32,000 nucleotides of DNA from Saccharicrinis sp. UBA6048 (GTDB taxonomy: Bacteria; Bacteroidota; Bacteroidia; Bacteroidales; Marinilabiliaceae): the NCBI GenBank assembly GCA_002429115.1, contig DIYS01000015.1, positions 1 to 32,000 of the forward strand, given 5' to 3'. The notes beneath the pieces are model-generated. The model had not been told where the DNA came from, ran no database searches, and saw only the letters and a program-made list of their open reading frames with translations. Positions within the stretch are counted from its first letter, which is position 1, and each line of letters opens with the position of its first letter. This document shows, piece by piece, positions 21,062-29,043 of the stretch. The position numbers and the translations under genes are program-made.

Positions 21062-22405
21062 ATGGACAAATATCACAAATACGGCTGCATCGCTTATCCA
21101 ATAAGGATTTTAAGCTCTTTAATACACAAATACGTTTTATCAATTGTTATTCTGTTGGGTTTAATTACCCTTTTCGCTTCTGATATTCGAGCTGATAATC
21201 CTGTAAAAACGGCTTCTCATATTAAAACAGTTCAGCTCTACAAAAAAGGGTGGAACATGTCCTACCCCATCATCAACTTAAATCCACAAGAGCAGCTAAC
21301 CCTGGAGTTTGATGATTTTGCCTACGAATCGAAAAACTATCAATACAGCATTATCCATTGCGATTCAAACTGGGAAGAATCGAACCTGATGCAAACAGAA
21401 TATGTGAAAGGCTTTATGCCAAATCCAGTGCTGGACTACCAGTACTCCTTCAACACAACTTTCGATTACATTCATTATACACTGGATTTCCCCAACCGAG
21501 ATATCTCACTAAAGTTATCGGGCAATTATATCATCAAAATATTTGAGCAAGGTAGCGAGGATCAGCCGATATTAACTCGTCCGTTTTACGTTTCAGAGTC
21601 ACTGGTTAGTATCTTTCCACGTATACGATACACCTCCAATTCGAACTTTCGTGAATCGATGCAGGAAGTCAACTTCACCATTGAACACCCGAATTTCAGA
21701 ATTGCCAATCCCAACGAAGAAATTAAAGTGATCCTTCAACAAAATGGACGATGGGACAATCAGATTGATGATTTGAAACCATTGTTCATCCGTCATCAGG
21801 AACTTGATTACTCTTATAACCGCGAAAACTTGTTTGATGGTGGTAACGAATATCGTTGGCTTGATGTTAGAAGCACACGATTTGCCCCCGAGCATGTTGA
21901 AAAGATCAGCTTCTTTGATCCGCATTACCATTTTACCTTATACGCCGATAAGTTTTTAAGTAAAAAACCATACTTCTATCGAGAGGATTTTAACGGTAAA
22001 TATTACATCGAGGTGAAAGAAAACCGTGATCCTATGATTGAAGCCGATTATGTGTATGTGCATTTTGCATTACCTGTTCCTGCTCCATATGCAGATGGAT
22101 ATATATATGTCACGGGTGGATTGAGTGACTGGCAGCTCCATCAAGCCAATAAAATGGAATATAACTATAACTCTCACATGTATGAATTAACCTTACTACT
22201 CAAGCAGGGCTTCTATAATTATCAATACCACTTTTTAGAAAACAACCATAGTAAAGCGGAAGTGGAGCGCTTTGAAGGTAACTACGGACAAACGGAAAAC
22301 GACTATATCATTTATGTGTACTACAAAGGCATTGGTGATAACTATGAGCGATTGATTGGAGTTAACATTTCTAATTCGCTAAAGTATAGTGTGAAAGGGA
22401 AGTAA
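21062..22405 (+). CDS. DUF5103 / type IX secretion system plug protein
   Basis: HIKTVQLYKKGWNMSYPIINLNPQEQLTLEFDDFAYESKNYQYSIIHCDSNWEESNLMQTEYVKGF and GLSDWQLHQANKMEYNYNSHMYELTLLLKQGFYNYQY match the family as I know it. Confidence 0.85.
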   Translation: MDKYHKYGCIAYPIRILSSLIHKYVLSIVILLGLITLFASDIRADNPVKTASHIKTVQLYKKGWNMSYPIINLNPQEQLTLEFDDFAYESKNYQYSIIHCDSNWEESNLMQTEYVKGFMPNPVLDYQYSFNTTFDYIHYTLDFPNRDISLKLSGNYIIKIFEQGSEDQPILTRPFYVSESLVSIFPRIRYTSNSNFRESMQEVNFTIEHPNFRIANPNEEIKVILQQNGRWDNQIDDLKPLFIRHQELDYSYNRENLFDGGNEYRWLDVRSTRFAPEHVEKISFFDPHYHFTLYADKFLSKKPYFYREDFNGKYYIEVKENRDPMIEADYVYVHFALPVPAPYADGYIYVTGGLSDWQLHQANKMEYNYNSHMYELTLLLKQGFYNYQYHFLENNHSKAEVERFEGNYGQTENDYIIYVYYKGIGDNYERLIGVNISNSLKYSVKGK

Positions 22406-22714
22406 TCGGTTTTGGGTTTCGAATTTTGGGTCTTATTTTAAGCTACAAAATCTTTAATGAAATCCCCCTCCCCATTCCTTCGTCGTGGTACTTTCCTTTA
22501 TTCCCAAGTGTAGAAGCATTTACAGCCAGGAAACAAAATGTTTGACATCGCTCTTACTTAACGACCTGTGACTATTGACCATTCAATAATCAACGTTAAA
22601 TAACTGACCGTTTTCGTCACCAAAATCAAACCATTCACCTACAATAACACGTCATTCGTCAAGCAAATTAAAATTAATACTAAAAAAAGTGTTACGCTTT
22701 GCACCTTACTGCAA

Positions 22715-22769
22715 TTAACTATATAAACACCAAACTTTATTTTAAGCAAAAGCCGGTGTATATAGTTAA
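22715..22769. promoter_or_regulatory. Inverted pair TTAACTATATA ... TATATAGTTAA upstream of the orphan ORF; right arm sits in GCCGGTGTATATAGTTA, resembling an array unit
   Basis: 11-bp perfect arms (22715-22725, 22759-22769); GCCG + ATAGTTA shared with the units at 24100-24323. Confidence 0.6.
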
Positions 22770-22787
22770 ACTTTTAATCCTTACTTA

Positions 22788-24074
22788 ATGGCTAAATCCA
22801 AACCCCGCAAAAAGCGCCCTGTCACGACTCCATTCAACAAAATGGAGGCCATCAAACCATTTATTATCCGACTACATGAGCTGTGTAAGGCAATCAATTG
22901 TGATGTTATGCAATACATCGTCAGCAAAGAAGACATGCTTGCACTGGCCGGCTTACGATTCAGAATTGGTTCGATTGATAAGGTTACTAACGAATATAAA
23001 CACACCAGACCTTATAAGTCGATATTTAATAAGATTATTAAACAGGCGCTTAAAACCCATCTTTCGGTAATTAAAGACTTTCCTATTCAAACCTGCTTTT
23101 TAGATGTTACCTACTTTGATGCCCTTACTATATTTCTTGAAAATAATCTACTTGAAAATAAATCCTTGTCCGACAAATTTCTCGATCAAATCAAAGCGTA
23201 TTATGACAGTTCTAACAAAAAGTTTTACAGTATTCTGCAACACCAGCTAATACAAATCACATTGTTAGAAAACCTGCCTGATGAAGCTATGCTTTCGTTT
23301 GGCTATACGCCTGCCCCCATTCATACACACAAACTTTACAATGCCGAATTAAGCTTTCAACTGTACCTACAACGACCAATTAAAGAATACATCACTTTTA
23401 AAGGGCAAACAAGACTGGCCTACAAGGTTATCATTCCAATATTTACCAATAAACTGTATCATGAGACGGTCATCAACACAAAACTAACAGATGGTTTATA
23501 TCAAGGTGATAAAGAATCGTTACACATATTTATACAGGCACATGCCTTACAACGATTCAGAGAACGAACAGCACCTTTTAATGACATGTTCATCAAATTG
23601 CAGTTTTCGCTTTGCATGCTTAATGAAATAAAACCAATATGCAGAAGCGAGAGTTTGTATATACCATACAGGATCAACGATATTACCATTGGCTATTTCG
23701 TTGGCATTATTGCTGAAGAAAAAGTAATGATTAAGACTTTTATACTCGCCACACATGCTTCAGCCCCTGAAGGACATAAATTCCAAGAGCTGACCGGATT
23801 TAAAAAGCATGACATGAGCTATTGGGATATTACCAAACTCGACACGTTTATATACAATGATATGAAACCCGAAAACCCTTTGTATGCCTACTTTGAAGAG
23901 AGTGGTTTATTACCAATGTTTGATCTGGATGACAAACAGATTATGCCCGAAGATAAATGTGATAAACAAGCTAACTGGCAAAACATGCTTGAGTGCATTA
24001 ACAAGCAGCATACACATAAAAACCTGAGTCAGCAAGATTTCCAAAACACTATACTGGAGGAAGTGATGAGCTGA
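22788..24074 (+). CDS. Uncharacterised 428-aa protein with basic N-terminus and HALQRFRER motif
   Basis: Long ORF with ATG start, upstream inverted repeat; no family recognised. N-terminus MAKSKPRKKRP; later HIFIQAHALQRFRERTAPF. Confidence 0.8.
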   Translation: MAKSKPRKKRPVTTPFNKMEAIKPFIIRLHELCKAINCDVMQYIVSKEDMLALAGLRFRIGSIDKVTNEYKHTRPYKSIFNKIIKQALKTHLSVIKDFPIQTCFLDVTYFDALTIFLENNLLENKSLSDKFLDQIKAYYDSSNKKFYSILQHQLIQITLLENLPDEAMLSFGYTPAPIHTHKLYNAELSFQLYLQRPIKEYITFKGQTRLAYKVIIPIFTNKLYHETVINTKLTDGLYQGDKESLHIFIQAHALQRFRERTAPFNDMFIKLQFSLCMLNEIKPICRSESLYIPYRINDITIGYFVGIIAEEKVMIKTFILATHASAPEGHKFQELTGFKKHDMSYWDITKLDTFIYNDMKPENPLYAYFEESGLLPMFDLDDKQIMPEDKCDKQANWQNMLECINKQHTHKNLSQQDFQNTILEEVMS

Positions 24075-24099
24075 AAACACCAACTTTTTACTGAAACAA

Positions 24100-24323
24100 G
24101 CCGTGACTATTTAGTTAAAGCTTGTCGCAATTGTGAAACACGGCGTAACTAAATAGTTATTCTAAGAATCAGCAGTGAAATGTGCCGTAACTAAATAGTT
24201 AAACCACATTTCGAGACCAAAACATACCATAACTAAATAGTTAAAGCTCAAATGAAGAGTAAAACAAGCCGTGACTATTTAGTCACGATGAAAAAATAAA
24301 AAAGCGTCGTAACTAAATACTTA
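24100..24323. repeat. Six-unit interspersed direct-repeat array with internal dyads (consensus GCCGTAACTAAATAGTTA, period 42 bp)
   Basis: Units: 24100-24117 GCCGTGACTATTTAGTTA; 24142-24159 GGCGTAACTAAATAGTTA; 24184-24201 GCCGTAACTAAATAGTTA; 24226-24243 ACCATAACTAAATAGTTA; 24268-24285 GCCGTGACTATTTAGTCA; 24306-24323 GTCGTAACTAAATACTTA. Spacings 42,42,42,42,38. Confidence 0.95.
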
Positions 24324-24325
24324 AG

Positions 24326-24345
24326 GCAACTAATCTCAACGATCT
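24326..24345. repeat. Left arm of a gapped inverted repeat bracketing the DUF6261-like gene (GCAACTAATCTC-aac-GATCT)
   Basis: Reverse complement of 25119-25135 except for a 3-nt insertion. Confidence 0.75.
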
Positions 24346-24379
24346 TATAATTTTTAACCTCTTAAAATGAACCTTTATA

Positions 24380-25114
24380 ATGAAAATACCTAAAATTTTA
24401 TCCACTACACGAGTGAGTGAAGTGAATGGTGTTACACAACAAATGATTGATGAGTATGGCAAAGGCGATTATAGTGCCGATAGCCATCTTACCAAGGTAT
24501 TTGACCACATAACGGATAGCAACAATCAGTTGGGCATAGCCATAATGCGCGATTCTGTAGAATCGGAATTAGCTGAGTTGGATGAGATTACCGATAACGA
24601 AGTAACCCTCACACATGGTTTGACTAAAGGCTACACCTGCCATCCTGATGAAAACACGGCTAACCGTGCCGGCGAACTGTTTAAAATGGTCGATAAATAT
24701 GGACTGGAAGTAAAAAAGAAAAGCTACCGCGAGGAATATCCCTTGCTTGGCTCTATGATTACTGAAAGTAAAACTGAACCATATGTGGCTTGCATTGCTG
24801 CATTGCCGGGTTGCGATGAACGATTTAAACGACTGGAAGCTGCCGTTAATAACTTTAACGCCAAGCAAAATGTCTACCTGTCGGTAAAAGACGACCAGAA
24901 TGAATTGTCATCAGCCACAGCTATTAAAAAGCAACTCATTGCTTTTATTAACGGCGAACTGGTGGCTTACCTGGATGTGATGCAAAGAGTAAATACCGAG
25001 ATGTATGGCGGGTTAGCCCAGTTTACTGCCAACCGAATTGCCGAAAACAATTCGGCTGTGCGCAAACGCAGAAACAAAACTGAAGCAGAAACAGAAGTAA
25101 AAGTAGAAGAATAA
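24380..25114 (+). CDS. DUF6261-like family protein
   Basis: RD...ELDEI, HPDENTANRAGELFKMVDKYGLEVKKKSYREEYPLLGSMI, LEAAVNNFNA pattern resembles Bacteroidota DUF6261 proteins; acidic Lys/Glu tail. Confidence 0.55.
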   Translation: MKIPKILSTTRVSEVNGVTQQMIDEYGKGDYSADSHLTKVFDHITDSNNQLGIAIMRDSVESELAELDEITDNEVTLTHGLTKGYTCHPDENTANRAGELFKMVDKYGLEVKKKSYREEYPLLGSMITESKTEPYVACIAALPGCDERFKRLEAAVNNFNAKQNVYLSVKDDQNELSSATAIKKQLIAFINGELVAYLDVMQRVNTEMYGGLAQFTANRIAENNSAVRKRRNKTEAETEVKVEE

Positions 25115-25118
25115 CTTT

Positions 25119-25135
25119 AGATCGAGATTAGTTGC
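25119..25135. repeat. Right arm of the inverted repeat (AGATCGAGATTAGTTGC)
   Basis: See 24326-24345. Confidence 0.75.
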
Positions 25136-25139
25136 ATGA

Positions 25140-25168
25140 TCCCTGCTGGTAACAGCGGGGATTTTTTT
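25140..25168 (+). terminator. Rho-independent terminator after the DUF6261-like gene
   Basis: TCCCTGCTG-GTAA-CAGCGGGGA followed by T7; one G-U pair. Confidence 0.9.
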
Positions 25169-25518
25169 GATCAGTTAAGTGAGGTAACATACAGGTTCCA
25201 TTGGACTCCCTGCTCCGAACAAGCACGGCAGCTACTTCTTATATAGTTTTATCATCATGCAAAAAGGATTAGTACAATAGCAGTGCGTATCTCAAATTGG
25301 TAGATTTCATTCAAGCATGTTATGAATCGTAAGTTCTAAAATTTAAAAGGTGACAAATCTTAGTATTTTTTCATCCAAAACCCTGATAAATTTCATGTAC
25401 TTCGGCTTTTTTATTTCATAGATTTGTTACTGCTCTGATTCAGATTCAAGTTTTAGAGTTGAAATCCGTTCATTAGAGTCAACATTTGACTAAGTAACAC
25501 CAAAAAAAAATAAAATCT

Positions 25519-27147
25519 ATGCCAAAAGGGATTTTTCAAGTACCGCCGGCTGTCAATGAGCCGATTAAAAGCTACGCACCAGGAACACCTGAGCGTGCTG
25601 AGTTAAAAGAGATGTTGAATAAGCTTCGCTCTGAGGAATTAGACATTCCTATGTTTATCGGAGGCGAAGAAATCAGAACAGGAAACAAAAAACGTATCCA
25701 CCCACCACACGAAATTGCACATACTTTAGGTCATTACCACCAAGGTGATGAAACACACGTGCACCAAGCGATTGACGCTGCTTTAAAAGCTCGTGAAAAG
25801 TGGGTTAACCTTAGCTGGGAGCACCGCGCTTCTATTTTCTTAAAAGCAGCTGATTTATTGGCCGGTCCTTACCGTCAGTTAATCAATGCAGCTACTATGT
25901 TAGGACAGTCGAAAAATGCTTTCCAGGCTGAGATTGATTCAGCTTGTGAGTTGGCAGATTTCTTCCGTTTCAACGTACAGTACATGACTGAAATCTACGC
26001 AGGTCAGCCTGAGTCTTCTGCAGGTATCTGGGATCGCGTTGAGTACCGTCCATTGGAAGGATTCGTATTTGCATTAACGCCATTTAACTTTACTTCTATT
26101 GCTGGTAACTTACAAACTGCTCCTGCAATGATGGGTAACGTTACTGTTTGGAAACCATCGAAAACAGCTGTTTACTCAGCTTATTTCTTGATGAAATTAT
26201 TCAAAGAAGCTGGTGTACCAGATGGTGTTATCAACCTTGTTTATGCATCAGGTCCTGTTGCTGCTAAAGAAATTTTCTCTCACCCTGATTTTGCCGGTTT
26301 CCACTTTACTGGTTCTACTGGTGTATTCCAGAGTACTTGGAAAGCTATCGGTGATAACATTGAGAAATATAAGACTTACCCACGTATCGTAGGTGAAACA
26401 GGTGGTAAAGACTACATTTTAGCTCACAAATCATGTGATGCCAAAGGCGTAGCTACTGCTATTGTTCGTGGTGCTTTCGAATACCAGGGACAGAAGTGTT
26501 CTGCTGCATCTCGCGCTTATATGCCATCTAGCCGTTGGGAAGAGATCCTAGGCTACGTTAAAGAGCAAATGAAAGAAGTAAAAATGGGGCCTCCAGAGGA
26601 TTTCAGCAACTTTGTAAATGCTGTTATTGACGAGACTTCATTTGACTTATTAGCAGGTGCTATTGACGAAGCTAAAGCAAGCAACGAAGCTGAGATTGTT
26701 GTTGGTGGTGGTCACGATAAGTCAGTGGGTTACTTCATTGAGCCTACAATCATCGTTACAACGAATCCAATGTATCGCACAATGGAAGAAGAGTTGTTCG
26801 GTCCTGTATTGACTATTTATGTGTATGATGACAACAAGTTTGAGGAAACAATGGACATCCTTGATAAAACGTCTATCTATGCATTAACAGGATGTATCTT
26901 CGCACAAGATCGTTACGTCATTGAGCAGGCTACCAAGCGTTTGGTTGATACTGCAGGTAACTTCTACATCAACGATAAACCAACAGGTGCTGTTGTTGGT
27001 CAGCAGCCATTTGGTGGTTCTCGTGGTTCGGGTACAAATGATAAGGCTGGTTCGGCTATTAACTTGATGCGTTGGGTAAGCCCTCGTACCATTAAGGAAA
27101 ATTTCGTTCCTCCACACGACTTTAAATACCCGTTTCTTGCTGAATAG
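25519..27147 (+). CDS. pruA: L-glutamate gamma-semialdehyde dehydrogenase (1-pyrroline-5-carboxylate dehydrogenase)
   Basis: FALTPFNFTSIAGNLQTAPAMMGNVTVWKPSKTA, GFHFTGSTGVF, VGETGGKDY, EYQGQKCSAASRAY, EEELFGPVLTIYVY, FGGSRGSGTNDKAG. Confidence 0.96.
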   Translation: MPKGIFQVPPAVNEPIKSYAPGTPERAELKEMLNKLRSEELDIPMFIGGEEIRTGNKKRIHPPHEIAHTLGHYHQGDETHVHQAIDAALKAREKWVNLSWEHRASIFLKAADLLAGPYRQLINAATMLGQSKNAFQAEIDSACELADFFRFNVQYMTEIYAGQPESSAGIWDRVEYRPLEGFVFALTPFNFTSIAGNLQTAPAMMGNVTVWKPSKTAVYSAYFLMKLFKEAGVPDGVINLVYASGPVAAKEIFSHPDFAGFHFTGSTGVFQSTWKAIGDNIEKYKTYPRIVGETGGKDYILAHKSCDAKGVATAIVRGAFEYQGQKCSAASRAYMPSSRWEEILGYVKEQMKEVKMGPPEDFSNFVNAVIDETSFDLLAGAIDEAKASNEAEIVVGGGHDKSVGYFIEPTIIVTTNPMYRTMEEELFGPVLTIYVYDDNKFEETMDILDKTSIYALTGCIFAQDRYVIEQATKRLVDTAGNFYINDKPTGAVVGQQPFGGSRGSGTNDKAGSAINLMRWVSPRTIKENFVPPHDFKYPFLAE

Positions 27148-27186
27148 TAAGATTATAAATAGGTAATTAAATTTGCTAAATAACTT

Positions 27187-27211
27187 AAAGGCTCCTCAAA
27201 AGGGAGCCTTT
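27187..27211 (+). terminator. Rho-independent terminator after pruA
   Basis: AAAGGCTCC-N7-GGAGCCTTT, 9-bp stem followed by AT-rich sequence. Confidence 0.85.
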
Positions 27212-27269
27212 ATTATTTTGAAGAGAGAAAATAAATAAAATTTAAGGTGCCAGGAAACTCGGTTTATTA

Positions 27270-28034
27270 CTAAAATAAGGTCCTTAGCGAATGAAGAACC
27301 CGTTTTGTATATCTTCTTCGAAGCGTACTAAGGTATTTAACAAACAGGAGTTCATAAATGGTTTCATTCTCATCGACATGCATCAGAGAGGCATAATGGC
27401 GAGCCAATTCTGTCAGGTACATCGGATTTGAACTTATACTTTGCATATTTCGCAGACTATGATGATGGTTAATCCGTTTTTTAAATTGTATCCGATTTAA
27501 ATCAATCAACGAAAAGTCATAATTATTGTGGTCATGCTTATTGATGAGCACATTTGATCCATTGAAATCATTATGCTTTACTCCATTCATATGCAGTTGA
27601 TTCGACATAAATAAAACAAACTGCTTCAGGATCATTTGCTTTTCTTCCATGTCATTACCCAGCACATATGCCATGTCGAAATCAGCATTGTTATATAAGC
27701 AAATGTAATACGAGCGTTTAAGGATACCCCATTTACTGTATGTTTCAACGTATGCCACCGGATCAGGTGTATTAATTGACAAACGTTGCAGGCGTTGAGC
27801 ATACAAAAATGATCGTTCGGCTTTTGACTTTCGGAAAAATGAATAAATCAAACGATTAAAGGCAGTAATCTGATAAAATGATTTCACACAGATTTGGTGA
27901 TTTTGCACATTAAAGAGCTTTATTTTATTACGACAATCTTTAATCCAATGAGTGCCTGACTCAAAGTTTTGGTCAATATTATCAACAAAGTACTTTATTG
28001 ATTTGTACGGTTCAGCAATAAAAACTCTTTTCAT
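27270..28034 (-). CDS. Lipopolysaccharide kinase-like protein (KdkA/WaaP family fold)
   Basis: MNGVKHNDFNGSNVLINK (HxDxxxxN catalytic loop) and FSLIDLNRIQF (DLN metal-binding motif). Confidence 0.75.
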   Translation of the reverse strand: MKRVFIAEPYKSIKYFVDNIDQNFESGTHWIKDCRNKIKLFNVQNHQICVKSFYQITAFNRLIYSFFRKSKAERSFLYAQRLQRLSINTPDPVAYVETYSKWGILKRSYYICLYNNADFDMAYVLGNDMEEKQMILKQFVLFMSNQLHMNGVKHNDFNGSNVLINKHDHNNYDFSLIDLNRIQFKKRINHHHSLRNMQSISSNPMYLTELARHYASLMHVDENETIYELLFVKYLSTLRRRYTKRVLHSLRTLF

Positions 28035-28232
28035 ACCTTTCAGTTTGGCATCTGGTTAACAAACTTAACACATGGCATTAAAGAATGTCAAGTGTAATTT
28101 AACAAAACAAACTTAGGCTATACTGATGTTGTAAAGTTTTTTTTCTGTCTGAACATTAATTAATCCTGATTAAAATACTTTTTTTGGCACTTGAAAAACT
28201 AAAGAGGTGATACTTCATTTTAATGATTTCAC

Positions 28233-28240
28233 TAACTTTG
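28233..28240 (+). promoter_or_regulatory. Bacteroidota-type -7 element (TAACTTTG) for the ftsB/divIC-like gene
   Basis: Matches TAnnTTTG 18 bp upstream of ATG 28258. Confidence 0.45.
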
Positions 28241-28257
28241 TACAAACTCTAAATAAT

Positions 28258-28560
28258 ATGTGGCCAGGATTTAAGAAGTACATTAAACCATTGCTTAAGA
28301 ACAAGTTCTTTCTTGCAACCATTGTATTTATTGTTTTTGTTGGCTTTTTCGATCAGAATAGCTTATTGGATCGCTATCAGCTGAGCAAACGAATTAGTCA
28401 ACTCGAAAAGCAAAAGGAGCATTACATTGAAGAGATTGAACAAAACAACCGAAAGATGAAAGAATTGCAGAGTAATTCTGAAAACCTTGAGAAGTTCGCT
28501 CGTGAAGAGTATTTAATGAAAAAGAAAGACGAGGTAATTTTTGTTGTTGAAGAAGAGTAA
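28258..28560 (+). CDS. Septum formation initiator (FtsB/DivIC-like)
   Basis: Short N-terminal TM + coiled coil ISQLEKQKEHYIEEIEQNNRKMKELQSNSENLEKFAREEYLMKKKDEVIFVVEE. Start moved to ATG 28258. Confidence 0.88.
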   Translation: MWPGFKKYIKPLLKNKFFLATIVFIVFVGFFDQNSLLDRYQLSKRISQLEKQKEHYIEEIEQNNRKMKELQSNSENLEKFAREEYLMKKKDEVIFVVEEE

Positions 28561-28599
28561 GGGATTTTAGATTTATGATGGATGATATATGATGTTGAT

Positions 28600-28680
28600 G
28601 AGAGTTTTGTGTTTAAGGTTCTGGGTTGAGAGTTTTGAGTTCCGGGTTGAGAGTTTGGGGTTTTGGGTTTGAAGTTTTGA
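28600..28680. repeat. Low-complexity GT-rich quasi-repeat (GGGTTGAGAGTTTTGAGTTCCGGGTTGAGAGTTTGGGGTTTTGGGTTTG)
   Basis: Iterated GGGTTnnG/GAGAGTTT words between two genes. Confidence 0.7.
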
Positions 28681-28694
28681 TTTATAAAGTACAA

Positions 28695-29018
28695 ATGAAT
28701 TTATACAAGTTTTTAAGTGCCATCTACTATGTAGGAATGGCCTTTGTTTTTTTAGGTGTTTTAATGCACATCAGTGATATTAACTATGGCGCATGGGTAT
28801 TTACTTCGGGTGCTGTAGTTATGGTTGGTATCAGATGCTATAACTGGATTGTAGGAAAACCAGAAAACAAACGGGTCTTTTCTATTTTACTATACAGTTC
28901 GTTAATGTTGCTGCCAGCTGCCTGGACCATGTTGACATATCGTCGCTATTGGGTCATATTTATTATTCTGACAGCTGTACTGGACACCTATGCCAGCTAT
29001 CGACGCATCAAAAAATAG
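28695..29018 (+). CDS. Small multi-pass (about 4 TM) membrane protein
   Basis: MNLYKFLSAIYYVGMAFVFLGVLMHISDINYGAWVFTSGAVVMVGIRCYNWIVG...; track start at 28626 lies in low-complexity DNA, ATG 28695 preferred. Confidence 0.75.
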   Translation: MNLYKFLSAIYYVGMAFVFLGVLMHISDINYGAWVFTSGAVVMVGIRCYNWIVGKPENKRVFSILLYSSLMLLPAAWTMLTYRRYWVIFIILTAVLDTYASYRRIKK

Positions 29019-29043
29019 CTTTAGAAGCTAAACCAGTCAACGG

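Noticed and set aside
22565-22604. CTGTGACTATTGACC and GTTAAATAAC as additional array-like sites
   Set aside because: Only 9-10 nt partial similarity, no regular spacing to the other sites; not strong enough to call.
24100-24323. Interpretation of the repeat array as a CRISPR
   Set aside because: Repeats are only 18 bp, degenerate between units and internally palindromic over almost their full length; 'spacers' are 24/20 nt and A-rich with a shared end; no cas genes are in the window.
28422-28694. 90-aa minus ORF (NSQPGTQNSQPRTLNTKL...)
   Set aside because: Translation of the low-complexity intergenic tract plus antisense of the ftsB/divIC-like gene.
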